Positions 8,601 to 18,300 of a DNA stretch of 29,035 nucleotides are shown piece after piece. The translations under genes were made by a program, and so were the position numbers. This DNA comes from a virus. Taxonomy: Duplodnaviria > Caudoviricetes. Position 1 is the stretch's first letter, and the number at the start of each line of letters is the position of its first letter. The stretch spans positions 1 to 29,035 of the IMG/VR virus record IMGVR_UViG_3300032328_000422; one strand, 5' to 3'. Under the pieces are notes generated by a model. That model had not been told where the DNA came from and searched no databases. It saw nothing but the letters and a program-made list of their open reading frames with translations.

Positions 8601-11600
8601 GCTAGAAAAGTTGGGGTTCAAAATGCTATTGCTATTAGACAGATATTTGATCAACTAGATCAAGAAGCTCAATCAAGAGTAAGAGGTCTTTTAGGAGATA
8701 TTGATGCAATGTCTCAACAAGTTATACTTGAAGCACAAAATGCTGGAATTGATTTAGGTAAATATGCCATAAGAGGAATAGCAAAAGGCATTGAAGCACA
8801 ATCTCCATCACAGGCAGCAAAGCGTGAAGGACAAAAGGTTGTTGATGGCTTTGAGCAGGGTATGCTTGAAGGAATGGATGATGCGTCTCTAGCCGCTGCA
8901 AAAGTAAGCAATGCTGCTACAGGCTCTCTTGCAACACCAGGAGTAGTTTCTCGTGCTATGGGTGCAGGAAGGGGTGCCTCTCGTCCTCAAGGACCAGTAC
9001 CTATAGGTCCAATTATACCTGCAGGAACAAAAATGCTTCCAATCGTTACAGTAGATGCAATAAATGCTGAGACAAAAGCAAGAAAAACTTCTATAGAAAA
9101 AATTGACTCTATGAATAGAAGCCTTATGGCTGGAACTTTTGCTTTAACATCTTTAGCAGGTGCTGGATCAATGGCAGGCGGTTCTCTTGGAAAACTGTCA
9201 AATCAAGTAATGAAATATTCAGGATTATTATTTGCATTAATGTCTGTAACACAATTATTAACACAAACAAAAATAGCAGAACTTGTTGCAACAAGAGCAG
9301 GGCTTGCAAAGTCTGCTGTGGCAAATGCAATGGCAGCAGGACCAATGTTTGGTGGCACGTCGAAAGCACTTGCTGGAAGAGCAGGGCTTCTTGGAGGTCT
9401 TGCAAGAGCTGGAATTTTAGTTACAAGATTCCTTGGTCCAGTAGGATTGGTAACAACAGCTTTATTTGCTGCATATAAAATTATTGATCTATCAAATAAA
9501 GCAAGAGAAAAAGAAAGACAAAGACTAGAAGCATTTTCTGATGTTTTATCTACAACTAGTGCTCAAACAAAGTTTTTAGGAGAGCAGTTTAATTTTATTC
9601 CAATAAAAGGCTCTTTGGAACAATTTGAAAAAGACCTTGAGCGTGTTTCAGTAAAAACAAGAACAGAAAGAGAGCAGATAAAGGAGTCTGAAGGATTTCA
9701 ATCTGCATACGGACAAACTATTAGTCAAGTTCGGGGTATGACTGACAAACAAGCACAGTCAGCACTTACATTTAAAGGCCTTGAGTTAATTTCTCAGGGT
9801 ATGGCAAAAGAACAGGTACAAGCTTTAATAGATGCAATAAAAGAAGAAGCTGGTAAAAAAGATCTTAAGTTTGATTTTAAAAGCATAAGCTTTGACAAAA
9901 AAGGAATTATTGATTTAACCTCAGAAATTGGAACATCCCTTGACGGATTCCAAAAAGAATTTCAGTCTGGACTTCAAAAAGTATATCAACAAGTAGCAGT
10001 TGGAGAAGGGCGTTCTGCAAGAATAAATCTTGTTGAAAGATTAATTCCAAATAAAGAAGCAAAAGCAGCTCTTAAGAATGCATCAGCTGCAATAGCCTCA
10101 TATTCTCTAAGCTTGAACCGTTTAGCTCAAAGCGGAAGCATGGATATGAGGCAGTTCAAAGAGGCAACAGATGCAATGTTTTCTCAAATTGAAAAATCTG
10201 TTCCAGATGCAAATACCCAACTTAGATTATTTAATCGTATATTAAGACAAATTAGCCCATCACTTGCAGATGCTGCTATGGGTGTAAATAACCTAAAAGA
10301 TAAACAACTTCTCTTAAGAGCAGCAATTGCGGGGGTAACAAATAATCTTATTGTAAATGCTGCAACTGCAATAGCAGCAGCAGAAGCATTAAACAAAGTT
10401 GCTGATGCAAATCTTAAAGCATTTGGAGTAAAAAGCACATCTGCAGATCAAGCAAGAGCGCTTGCTATAGCAGATAATAAAGCAAATGAGGCTAAAGCAG
10501 CACTAAATAAATCTATTGAAGAAGAAATTAGACTTGCAAAAATACGTAATGCAGTAACTACTGATACAACAACTACAGGAACAGAAAAGTCTGCATTCCA
10601 GCTGGCTATTGAACAACTTCAGAATCAGCAACAAGAATTAAAGAATACAGCAAAGGCTTATGGAATTCTTGAAAAGGCTGGATTTGATGCAGAAACTGCA
10701 CTTAAGTATGCCAGTGATTCAGTTATTGCTCTTGGTCTTGCAACAGGTAAAATAAGTCCAGAACAACTCAAGCAAGTTTCTATTATCATGGAAGACATTG
10801 AAAAAAGAGCAGGATCTGGAGCAATTAGAGATTTCTTAGTAGCACTAGAAGCAGAAAACACCTTAAAGAAAGATTTTGATGAAATAATTCCAAGATTACT
10901 GACAATGGGTGCAACAACAGAAGATATTCAAGGCATATTGGGCAATCCAATGTTGATGAAATCATTTTTAGATAAGGCAGCAACAGCAGAACAAGTTACA
11001 AAAAGAATTGAAAGATATTTATCTGCAATAAAAGAAGGCAAAGCAATTGATATCAATATTGAATTTAAGATTAATCCAGAAGAAGCACAAAATAAATTAC
11101 AACAAAAAGCAAATGATTTATTTTCTTTCTTTGATAGAGTTGCAGAACGTGAATATAAGCCAAAGATTATTGATGCAGAAAAAGAAGTTAAAAATGCACA
11201 AGATGCTATAGATAAAATTCAAAAAGACATTGACGATATTCAAAAAGGTATTGATTTAGAACAACGCAACATTGAAAAAGAGATAACAAGACCTATTGAA
11301 GAGTACCAAGAACAAATCAATGATTTTCAAAGAAAGATTGAAATAGACTTTGAAAGACCATTAGCAGCATTAGCGGATGAGTCATCGGTTCTTTCTGAGC
11401 AGTTAACTCTAATGGACAAAGCTGCAGAAGATATAAACTCAAAATATGATAAACAAGAAGAAGCATTACAAAAAATATCTGATATTAATCAAGAGATATC
11501 TAATCAACAGAAGCAACAACTTGGATTGGCAGATGCTTTAAGTAGGGGAGATATTTCTGCTGCAGCACAGGCTATACAAGAAATAAGATCTTCTCAGGCA

Positions 11601-14600
11601 GAAGCAGCTTCAAGCAGTGCTGAAACTTTTTTACAGGCAGCAAGACAGGCAGAAATTGCTGGACTAAAAAGCACTAGTGGATTAACTAGAAAACAAATTG
11701 AAGATCGTCAGTATAAGATTGAACGTGAAAGCTATCAATTAAATTTTGACAGAAAAAAGATTGAAAAAGATATACTTGATCTACAAGATAAAATATATGC
11801 CCTAGAAGAAAAACGTGAAGAAAAATTATTAGCAATAAGAAAACAAGAAGACCTAATCTATGAGGCAACAAAAAACCAATTAGATGTAGCAAAGAAAAAA
11901 TTAGAAACTTCAGAAAAAGACCTTGCTGCTGTTAGAAAAGGACTTGAAGACAGACTAGCAGACATAGATGCACAAAGAGATGCCTGGGAATTAGCAGCAG
12001 ATGCAACATTTGCAGCAACAGTAAATGCTGGAGACTATAACGACGTACTAGACAAAACAATTGGTTATTTAAGTCAAGTATTAGGTTTGTGGAAAGAAAT
12101 TGTAGATATTTCTTCAGGTGGTTCATATGTTGCACCTAGAGATACACCAGAGTCAGCGGCAGCACTTGATGATTTTATAAAAATCGTTGAAGAACTTGAT
12201 GCAGCACAATTAGCATATGATGCAGCGGTTGAATCTGGAAATATGTATGCAGTTAGAAATGCTGGTATAGCACTTGGAGCAGCACAAAAATCTTATAACT
12301 CTGTTGTAAGTAGTAGCCTTGATTTAAATTCTTCTGGTGGCAGCGGTGGTAGAAACATGATGACTTTAGCATCAGGAGGAAAGGTATCTGGTCCAGGAAC
12401 TGCTACATCTGATTCAATTCCAGCATACCTTTCTGATGGAGAATATGTAATTAAAGCATCTTCTGTAAATAAATATGGAGCAGGAACATTTGATGCTTTA
12501 AATGCTGGAAAGTTTGCAAAGGGTGGATTTGTAAGTTCTGCCCCACATTCAATGGGTATGTCGTCATTTGGTTCAAGACAAAATGCAAAACCTAAGCCAG
12601 ATACAAATAAAGCCACATCATTATTTGATAAGAAAATATGGGAAAAAACAGCTAACTTCTTTGCATTGCCTGAAATGGCTAAAACTGGTTTTGATATGGC
12701 AAAGTATGGTGGCCCTGACAAGATGCTTATAGCTAGACTTTTGGGTGCTCCAATGAAATCTAGCCTGGGAGATAATGCAACTACTGCATTAAATATTATT
12801 CCTATACCAGTTGGAAAAGCATTAAAACCATTGTTAAAAATGGTACCTGACTCATTAAAAGCATTCCTTGCGAAAAATGGAATTGGAAAAATTGGTACAC
12901 AAATAGATGAAGCTTATGGATCTATATATAAGAAAGAAAATGTATCAGTTGGTGAAGAAATTTTTCCTACATATAAAATAGGAAATAAAAAAGATAGTGT
13001 TGCTTTTCAAGGATTTAGAGAAGACATTTCTTCTTTATCAGAATATGGAGTAAGGACTGTTCCAACAACACCAGAAGGATTGTTGGCAGAAGCTTTAAAT
13101 ATGAATCCTAATAATAAAAATATTTTAACAATGTTAGAAAATTTTAAAAATAACGAACTTGGAAAAGAAGAATATAAATTACTAGATGAGATGGCTGCAG
13201 CTGTTTCAGTTAACTCAAAAGGCAAAGACACTGGGGTAGAAAAAACAGACGGCTTTGCTATGTTGTTGGCATCTTTAAGTGGAAACAAAAAAGCTAAAAA
13301 AATTATTGACTTTAAAAGAGACTCTTTCTACGACCTTATAGAAGATGCTAAAACATTAAGCAGAAATAATAGATCTTCTGGTAAATTTCAAGTTCCAGAA
13401 GGTCCAATAGATACAAGTGCTGTTCCAGTCATACACTCAACTGGACATTCAGTTATTCGTGATAAAAATGGAGATGTTGTTCTTCATCCATATGGTAATT
13501 TTAATATTGGAACTGATAAAGCTGTTCCAAGAAGCTCTCTTCATACTACACTATACGCACCAGTAGAGTCACATCTATTTGGACAATGGGATGCAGCACA
13601 AACAAGAATAGTTTCTTCATTAGAAAATATGACACAAGCCAATGGTCTTCCATACAACGTTAACGGCACTGATACTTGGTGGCAACTAAATCCTGGAGAA
13701 GGATTAACTGTTCCTAATCCTAGTATCATTCGTTCATTTAACGATTCTAAGGCATATAGAGAAGAATTAATAGCAAGAGGTTTAATACAGCCAACAGAGA
13801 TAACCCCTCCAGTATCTATAGATTCAGATTTAAAAGAAGTTTTACACCTTCAAAAAAAAGCCTATAATTCTGTAGAAAGACTACAGGTATCTAGAATTGC
13901 TAAAGAAATAGGATTAGCACGTGAAGTAGCTCCAGGACAAGAAACTGAAATGCTACAAAATATAGCACTCAGATATGCAAAAGAACAACAAGGTGTTGAT
14001 ACAGCAAGTGCAAAACTAGAGCAATGGGGGCTAAACAGTGAAAGTTTAAACCAACACATTTATAGAATAGCAGAAAAATATGATGTCGACTCTAGCATAC
14101 ACTCTGGATCAACTCCAGAAATTTTGGAAAAAATTCTTATGCGTGAAGCTTCTACCAAAAATCAAAACACAGTTCCATCTTATTCTAAAACATTTTCAGA
14201 TAGTATAGAAGCTATAAGAATGACTACTAGACATGGAAGATTTAAAACTGAAATTGAAAGACTTAAAGATGACGCATTTGATGATTTTGCAAATGGAGGA
14301 ATAGTAAAAGGAATTAAGAACAAAAATAATAAATTTGCTATGGCGGCATTCGCTTCTGGAGGAGCTGTCAAACCTAAATATTTTTCATCTGGCGGTCCCG
14401 CTCTAGGCACAGATACAATACCAGCAATGCTAACTCCTGGAGAATTTATAATGAGCAAATATGCCGTTGACTCATACGGTGTTGATAAAATGAAAGCAAT
14501 AAATACTGGAACATATGAGGGCGAAAAGGTGTATAATTATAATCTAAATGTAAATGTCAAGTCTGATTCAAACCCAGATGACATCGCAAGAGTTGTTATT

Positions 14601-14651
14601 AAACAAATTCAACAGTTAGATAATCAAAGAATAAGAAAGCAGGCGAACTAA
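5700..14651 (+). CDS. Tape measure protein (2983 aa) with internal variable inserts
   Basis: Longest ORF, Ala-rich and helical. TP901-type core (GRQLMVGFTLPL..GINASEGANALKSGL..RARAIEQLFGK), hydrophobic segments, IEAQSPS motif, long coiled coil, and GPGTATSDSIPAYLSDGEYV motifs. SD GAGGT. Confidence 0.95.
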   Translation: MADVNANIGVNIDTSEALVQLKALQRQISQFHTSIAKSSESAALAQRDLQKNFLNSVNAIGTFSAELRTVRTTAESFTDSLEKNKFSMREYFRFAGGSTKTFGKLFKSEFDTIEKVAEDRVKRLQTQYIKLGRDTSGVMKAIAIMPNQLDMGNFSTQSQIAAQKQAIFNQLVKQGSTNLLNFGKNTQWAGRQLMVGFTLPLMALGTAATRTFMEMEEATIKFRKVYGDLFTPKAETEAAIENITALGQSFTKYGVAVSQTVGLAAEAAAAGFQGVDLQRQTAQATRLSVLGQIEANKALETTISLQNAFKMSSDQLAGSIDFLNAVENQTVVSLDDITTAIPKVAPVIQQLGGDVKDLAFFMAAMKEGGINASEGANALKSGLAALINPTAKASAILQGYGINIKKIVEGNQGDLKATVVDFAKALDTLDPLTRARAIEQLFGKFQFARLSTLFDNVTNETGQAARVLELAGTSIEDLAKLSETELGVTADSAMNKFRKSVEDLKLALVPVGQTFLQAVTPILEFVGGIIEKFNNLSSGVKKAIVVLTVGIGAIGPVALMTFGLLANGIANIVKGAMILRNGYLRLTGQSQILGEQTEYLTMEQIDAAAASHSLDQAHARLTQTFTVESGAVGQLKAAYEAATIAGAKFAAINPGMMRAPNVIPTKRAEGKPVVVGGTGNQDTELALLTPGETVIPAKMSKKYGSLINGMIAGNIPGYIKGKVSEEFLSTRPGRNASGGERAQVNIPGGYQLGHFAEVLKMTGAELRKLAESEAQSFKDTVERMIASVSNGLDQSFDVFTNEVTAQSQELNQALGEVGSNKQAPIELFKKEAVAQAGGYNAPLIAKMKKAGASTESIESAVESLAREFEEGINKLGEVTTVTAEDVNRITQEAYAKVAEANKDVAAARQELSKPGALKEIVGITSGRKSLKGGYNTPGEKERINATVQEQIPGVYPTQQAFNFTGEAARKVGVQNAIAIRQIFDQLDQEAQSRVRGLLGDIDAMSQQVILEAQNAGIDLGKYAIRGIAKGIEAQSPSQAAKREGQKVVDGFEQGMLEGMDDASLAAAKVSNAATGSLATPGVVSRAMGAGRGASRPQGPVPIGPIIPAGTKMLPIVTVDAINAETKARKTSIEKIDSMNRSLMAGTFALTSLAGAGSMAGGSLGKLSNQVMKYSGLLFALMSVTQLLTQTKIAELVATRAGLAKSAVANAMAAGPMFGGTSKALAGRAGLLGGLARAGILVTRFLGPVGLVTTALFAAYKIIDLSNKAREKERQRLEAFSDVLSTTSAQTKFLGEQFNFIPIKGSLEQFEKDLERVSVKTRTEREQIKESEGFQSAYGQTISQVRGMTDKQAQSALTFKGLELISQGMAKEQVQALIDAIKEEAGKKDLKFDFKSISFDKKGIIDLTSEIGTSLDGFQKEFQSGLQKVYQQVAVGEGRSARINLVERLIPNKEAKAALKNASAAIASYSLSLNRLAQSGSMDMRQFKEATDAMFSQIEKSVPDANTQLRLFNRILRQISPSLADAAMGVNNLKDKQLLLRAAIAGVTNNLIVNAATAIAAAEALNKVADANLKAFGVKSTSADQARALAIADNKANEAKAALNKSIEEEIRLAKIRNAVTTDTTTTGTEKSAFQLAIEQLQNQQQELKNTAKAYGILEKAGFDAETALKYASDSVIALGLATGKISPEQLKQVSIIMEDIEKRAGSGAIRDFLVALEAENTLKKDFDEIIPRLLTMGATTEDIQGILGNPMLMKSFLDKAATAEQVTKRIERYLSAIKEGKAIDINIEFKINPEEAQNKLQQKANDLFSFFDRVAEREYKPKIIDAEKEVKNAQDAIDKIQKDIDDIQKGIDLEQRNIEKEITRPIEEYQEQINDFQRKIEIDFERPLAALADESSVLSEQLTLMDKAAEDINSKYDKQEEALQKISDINQEISNQQKQQLGLADALSRGDISAAAQAIQEIRSSQAEAASSSAETFLQAARQAEIAGLKSTSGLTRKQIEDRQYKIERESYQLNFDRKKIEKDILDLQDKIYALEEKREEKLLAIRKQEDLIYEATKNQLDVAKKKLETSEKDLAAVRKGLEDRLADIDAQRDAWELAADATFAATVNAGDYNDVLDKTIGYLSQVLGLWKEIVDISSGGSYVAPRDTPESAAALDDFIKIVEELDAAQLAYDAAVESGNMYAVRNAGIALGAAQKSYNSVVSSSLDLNSSGGSGGRNMMTLASGGKVSGPGTATSDSIPAYLSDGEYVIKASSVNKYGAGTFDALNAGKFAKGGFVSSAPHSMGMSSFGSRQNAKPKPDTNKATSLFDKKIWEKTANFFALPEMAKTGFDMAKYGGPDKMLIARLLGAPMKSSLGDNATTALNIIPIPVGKALKPLLKMVPDSLKAFLAKNGIGKIGTQIDEAYGSIYKKENVSVGEEIFPTYKIGNKKDSVAFQGFREDISSLSEYGVRTVPTTPEGLLAEALNMNPNNKNILTMLENFKNNELGKEEYKLLDEMAAAVSVNSKGKDTGVEKTDGFAMLLASLSGNKKAKKIIDFKRDSFYDLIEDAKTLSRNNRSSGKFQVPEGPIDTSAVPVIHSTGHSVIRDKNGDVVLHPYGNFNIGTDKAVPRSSLHTTLYAPVESHLFGQWDAAQTRIVSSLENMTQANGLPYNVNGTDTWWQLNPGEGLTVPNPSIIRSFNDSKAYREELIARGLIQPTEITPPVSIDSDLKEVLHLQKKAYNSVERLQVSRIAKEIGLAREVAPGQETEMLQNIALRYAKEQQGVDTASAKLEQWGLNSESLNQHIYRIAEKYDVDSSIHSGSTPEILEKILMREASTKNQNTVPSYSKTFSDSIEAIRMTTRHGRFKTEIERLKDDAFDDFANGGIVKGIKNKNNKFAMAAFASGGAVKPKYFSSGGPALGTDTIPAMLTPGEFIMSKYAVDSYGVDKMKAINTGTYEGEKVYNYNLNVNVKSDSNPDDIARVVIKQIQQLDNQRIRKQAN
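7701..14480 (+). repeat. Three dispersed protein-level copies of the TMP motif G(P)GT..D.(I)PA.L(T/S).GE.(V/I), plus short FAxGG repeats
   Basis: Copies at ~7701-7790, ~12366-12479 and ~14382-14480. FAKGG at 12513, FANGG at 14286, FASGG at 14349, FSSGG at 14382. Confidence 0.8.
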
Positions 14652-15334
14652 TGGCTACTCCAGCCTACATGTCTGGTAGAAAGCAGTACCAAAGACCACA
14701 GGCTATGCTATGGTCAGATACTCCAGGAGTTTTGTCTGGTGGGTCTTACGTTCCGTCTGGGTATGAAGTCTATCAAGACCTTACTATTCCTCCAGCAGAC
14801 ATTAGTGATTCATTTATTATATTATCAGATCACAATAGAGGGGCTATTGATTTTTCAACAGAAAGAATTGAACAAAGAAGAAGAATGGTTAATGGAACAA
14901 TGCGTTCTTATCACACAGCAGACAAACTTAGTATATCTACTAGTTGGTCAAATTTACCATCAAGAGGATTTGCATTTCTTGCAGACTTTAATCCAGCAAA
15001 TGGAATACCGCCAGCAGAAAGAACAATTAATGGCACACCTACAAGTGTTGAAAAATATACTGTAGATGGCGGTGCTGGAGGTGCAGAGTTATTAAAGTGG
15101 TATCAAGATCATAAAGGACCATTCTGGGTGTTTTTATCATACGACAAGTATATAAATTTTGGAATAGACGACAATGCTCACTTACATTTAGCACAGTATT
15201 CTCAAGTAGTTCAAATGTACATAACAGGTTTTGACTACAACGTAATTAAACGAGGTGGTCCTGGAATATCTGCAGGAAGTAATTTTGGTGGGTATGATCT
15301 TTGGAATGTTTCTGTAAAGTTAGAAGAAGTGTAA
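14651..15334 (+). CDS. Minor tail protein, probable distal tail (Dit-like) protein
   Basis: First gene after the TMP with TAATG coupling; ERIEQRRRMVNGTMRSYH..KLSISTSW and terminal WNVSVKLEEV. Confidence 0.65.
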   Translation: MATPAYMSGRKQYQRPQAMLWSDTPGVLSGGSYVPSGYEVYQDLTIPPADISDSFIILSDHNRGAIDFSTERIEQRRRMVNGTMRSYHTADKLSISTSWSNLPSRGFAFLADFNPANGIPPAERTINGTPTSVEKYTVDGGAGGAELLKWYQDHKGPFWVFLSYDKYINFGIDDNAHLHLAQYSQVVQMYITGFDYNVIKRGGPGISAGSNFGGYDLWNVSVKLEEV

Positions 15335-18300
15335 ATGTTTCAAAATGAAGATTTAAAGAATCACCTAGAGTCTTCTTTTACAATAGAGTCGCAAACTGCT
15401 TTAATTGCGGAATGGAACATGAATGTTCCAAGTAATATATTTAAACTTGGAAATTATAGATATAGACCAACAACCACAGGGGTATATAGCTCCATACCTA
15501 ATATTTTTGATAGACTTGATGCAGGATCATACTATACTGGTGCTACAGATGCAGATATTACAATTGAAAATGGATTAGAACCTGATGGGTCAACACCTTT
15601 ATTATTTACATTTTTAAAGGAAAAAGAAAAATTATACTATTCTCTTGAAGATTGCATAAAACCATTTAGACCAAGATCAGGAATTAACAAGTGTTCTTTT
15701 TTTACTAATAAATATTTATCACATCCAAATCAAAATATGTTTTTAAGACCAAGATACTATATGCCAACAAAAGATGATGAATTTAAATATTGGAGATCAT
15801 ATAGAACTGAAGGCAGCGGCAATAGCCTAGATACCAGAAATATAGAGTATGGCATATCCAAGTCAAATAATAACGGGGTATATCCAATTGAAGATGCAGC
15901 TCCATTTGTTGTATATAAAGAAGAAGTTCCAGCAAATAGAATTATTGTAAAAGTTCAAACAAACATTGGTGACATTAATCTTGGACCATTTAAAAACTCT
16001 GGAGTTGAAAATTTTGCAGATCCATTTTTTGGAAATACAAACAAGACAGTTCCTCAAAGATTTAATGTTCAGTATCTTGATGCAAATGACCAATGGATTA
16101 ATGCTTATGTTTTTGATCAAACAACAACAAGACAAGATGGATCAGACATATTTGGTCCAGATGGCTACCTAAGCCTGCAGTATGGCCTACAGATACCTTC
16201 TGAGTATCAGAACAACTTTTTGTACGTTGGCAAGGTATCAGATGCCTCTCAGATACCAGATCAAAGTATAGTTGGATACGCATACTTACTGCAAGAGAAT
16301 AATTTTGAACAAGGAACTCTATACATTTGGAACGGTACTGAATATGATCAATCTACTCCAGAGTATAGTTGGTCATTAGGAACAGAGAGCATATATGAAA
16401 ATACACAGTTTGTAACTGATCTTACTAATCCAGATTATTTTTATGAGCCAGGAGATCAAAATAAATTTTATAGAGAATTAGTGTGGGTAAAGGGATTAAG
16501 ACTTGTAGTTGAATCTATGAATGTTGTAGATACTCCATTAGAACTAATAGAGATATCACCAAGACTATCTGTTGATTTAACTGGTAGGTTAATAGAGCTG
16601 TCTATAACAAAGTCACTATCTGATTTAACAAATGCTTCTTTGCCAGTAGGTGGAATGTTTGCATCAACTGGAAGAGTTTCTTTGTTTGACGATGATCAAG
16701 CATTTAATCAGAATAATGCTTGGAATGGAAATTCTGGAAGTATCATATCTAAATACTTAAAGAAAAATATTCAGTTTAAGTTCTATGATGTTGTTAAAAA
16801 TGTAAATTCAACAAACTCGGTTGGAAATTCAGAAATAGCAAACTTTTATGTTCCAATCAAAGTTCTTTATTCAGAAGGAATCCCACAGACAGATTCTGGA
16901 CAAGCAACAATTTCTATGGACTTAAGAGACTTTTTCTTTTACTTTGAGTCAATGCCTTCACCGCAAGTTCTTCTATCAGAGATATCATTGAGTCAGGCTG
17001 TTGCAATTCTTTTAGATTCAATTGGATTTTCTAACTATGTATTTAAAAGACTTGATTCAGAAAAAGATCCAATCATTCCATTTTTCTTTATACCAACAGA
17101 AAAAAATGTTGCAGAAATCTTAATTGAACTTGCAAAATCAACACAAAGTGGAATGTTCTTTGATGAGTATAATAATTTTGTAGTAATGACAAAAGAATAT
17201 TTGCTAGACAGTGCAGGTAAAAGACCAGTAGACCTAGTTCTTTATGGATCACAAGATAGCACAGTGTCTGGAATTAATGAAAATATTTACCCAACAAAAC
17301 TTTCTAACATTATTGATATAGCTTCTCAAGATCAGAAGGTATTTAACCAGGGTACTATTAACTACACAGCTAGATATATACAAAGATCATATGGAACACT
17401 AAAGCAGTCTATGATGATAGATAGAGAAAAAACTTGGATTTATAAGCCAGTTCTTCTGTGGGAAATATCTGGGTCAGAAGCTACAAAAACTCTTAATGAT
17501 GAAAAACAATCAAAATATACACTAAGTGCTATGCCATTAAACTCAGATTTAACAGAGTCTGTACCACAGGTTGTATCAAGACAGATTGTAAATAACATTA
17601 TTGACTTTGGTGAAAATGTTTACTACATAAGCAGGTATCAAGGATATTTTTATTCTTCTGGAGAAATTATTAAATATGATGCCGTTGAATATAATGTTCC
17701 TAGTGTAGGAAATGTTTGGATAACTAGCAATCTAGAATATCAGAAATATTTTTCATCACTTCCATTTAATGGAAAGATTTACCCAACAGGGCTTGTAAGA
17801 ATCTATGCTGAACCATATTATGAGCAGATAGAAGGAAGAACTTATTTAAAAAATGGACCAGTTGCCTCCCACGGTCGTGGTCAATTTAATACAACAGCAA
17901 CATCCCACAGTTCAGGTTTGCCAAGCAATTGGTCAGACAACCAGTTTGTTCAGGGATGTAATATGAATGCAGACGCTCTGTATAATACATCTATTTCTGT
18001 TACAACTCCAGCAACGTCTCCAGCATCTGCATCATCACAAGCTGGATACGGAACATCATTTACAGAAAAAGCAACTAAGTCACAAAGAAATGGAATTATT
18101 AAAAACTTTTTTTCATCTTCATTTGGCACAGAGGCGAACATTGGATATTTAAGAAGTACCCAAACTGGAACAATGCAATCATCTGCATTAGTATTTACTG
18201 GTCCAGATTTTGGAAATACAGAGACTGCAAAAAACTTTGTTAGTTATGTTTGGAAGGACCTAGATAAACCTTACAAGCATATTGGTACTAGAATGAGAAT

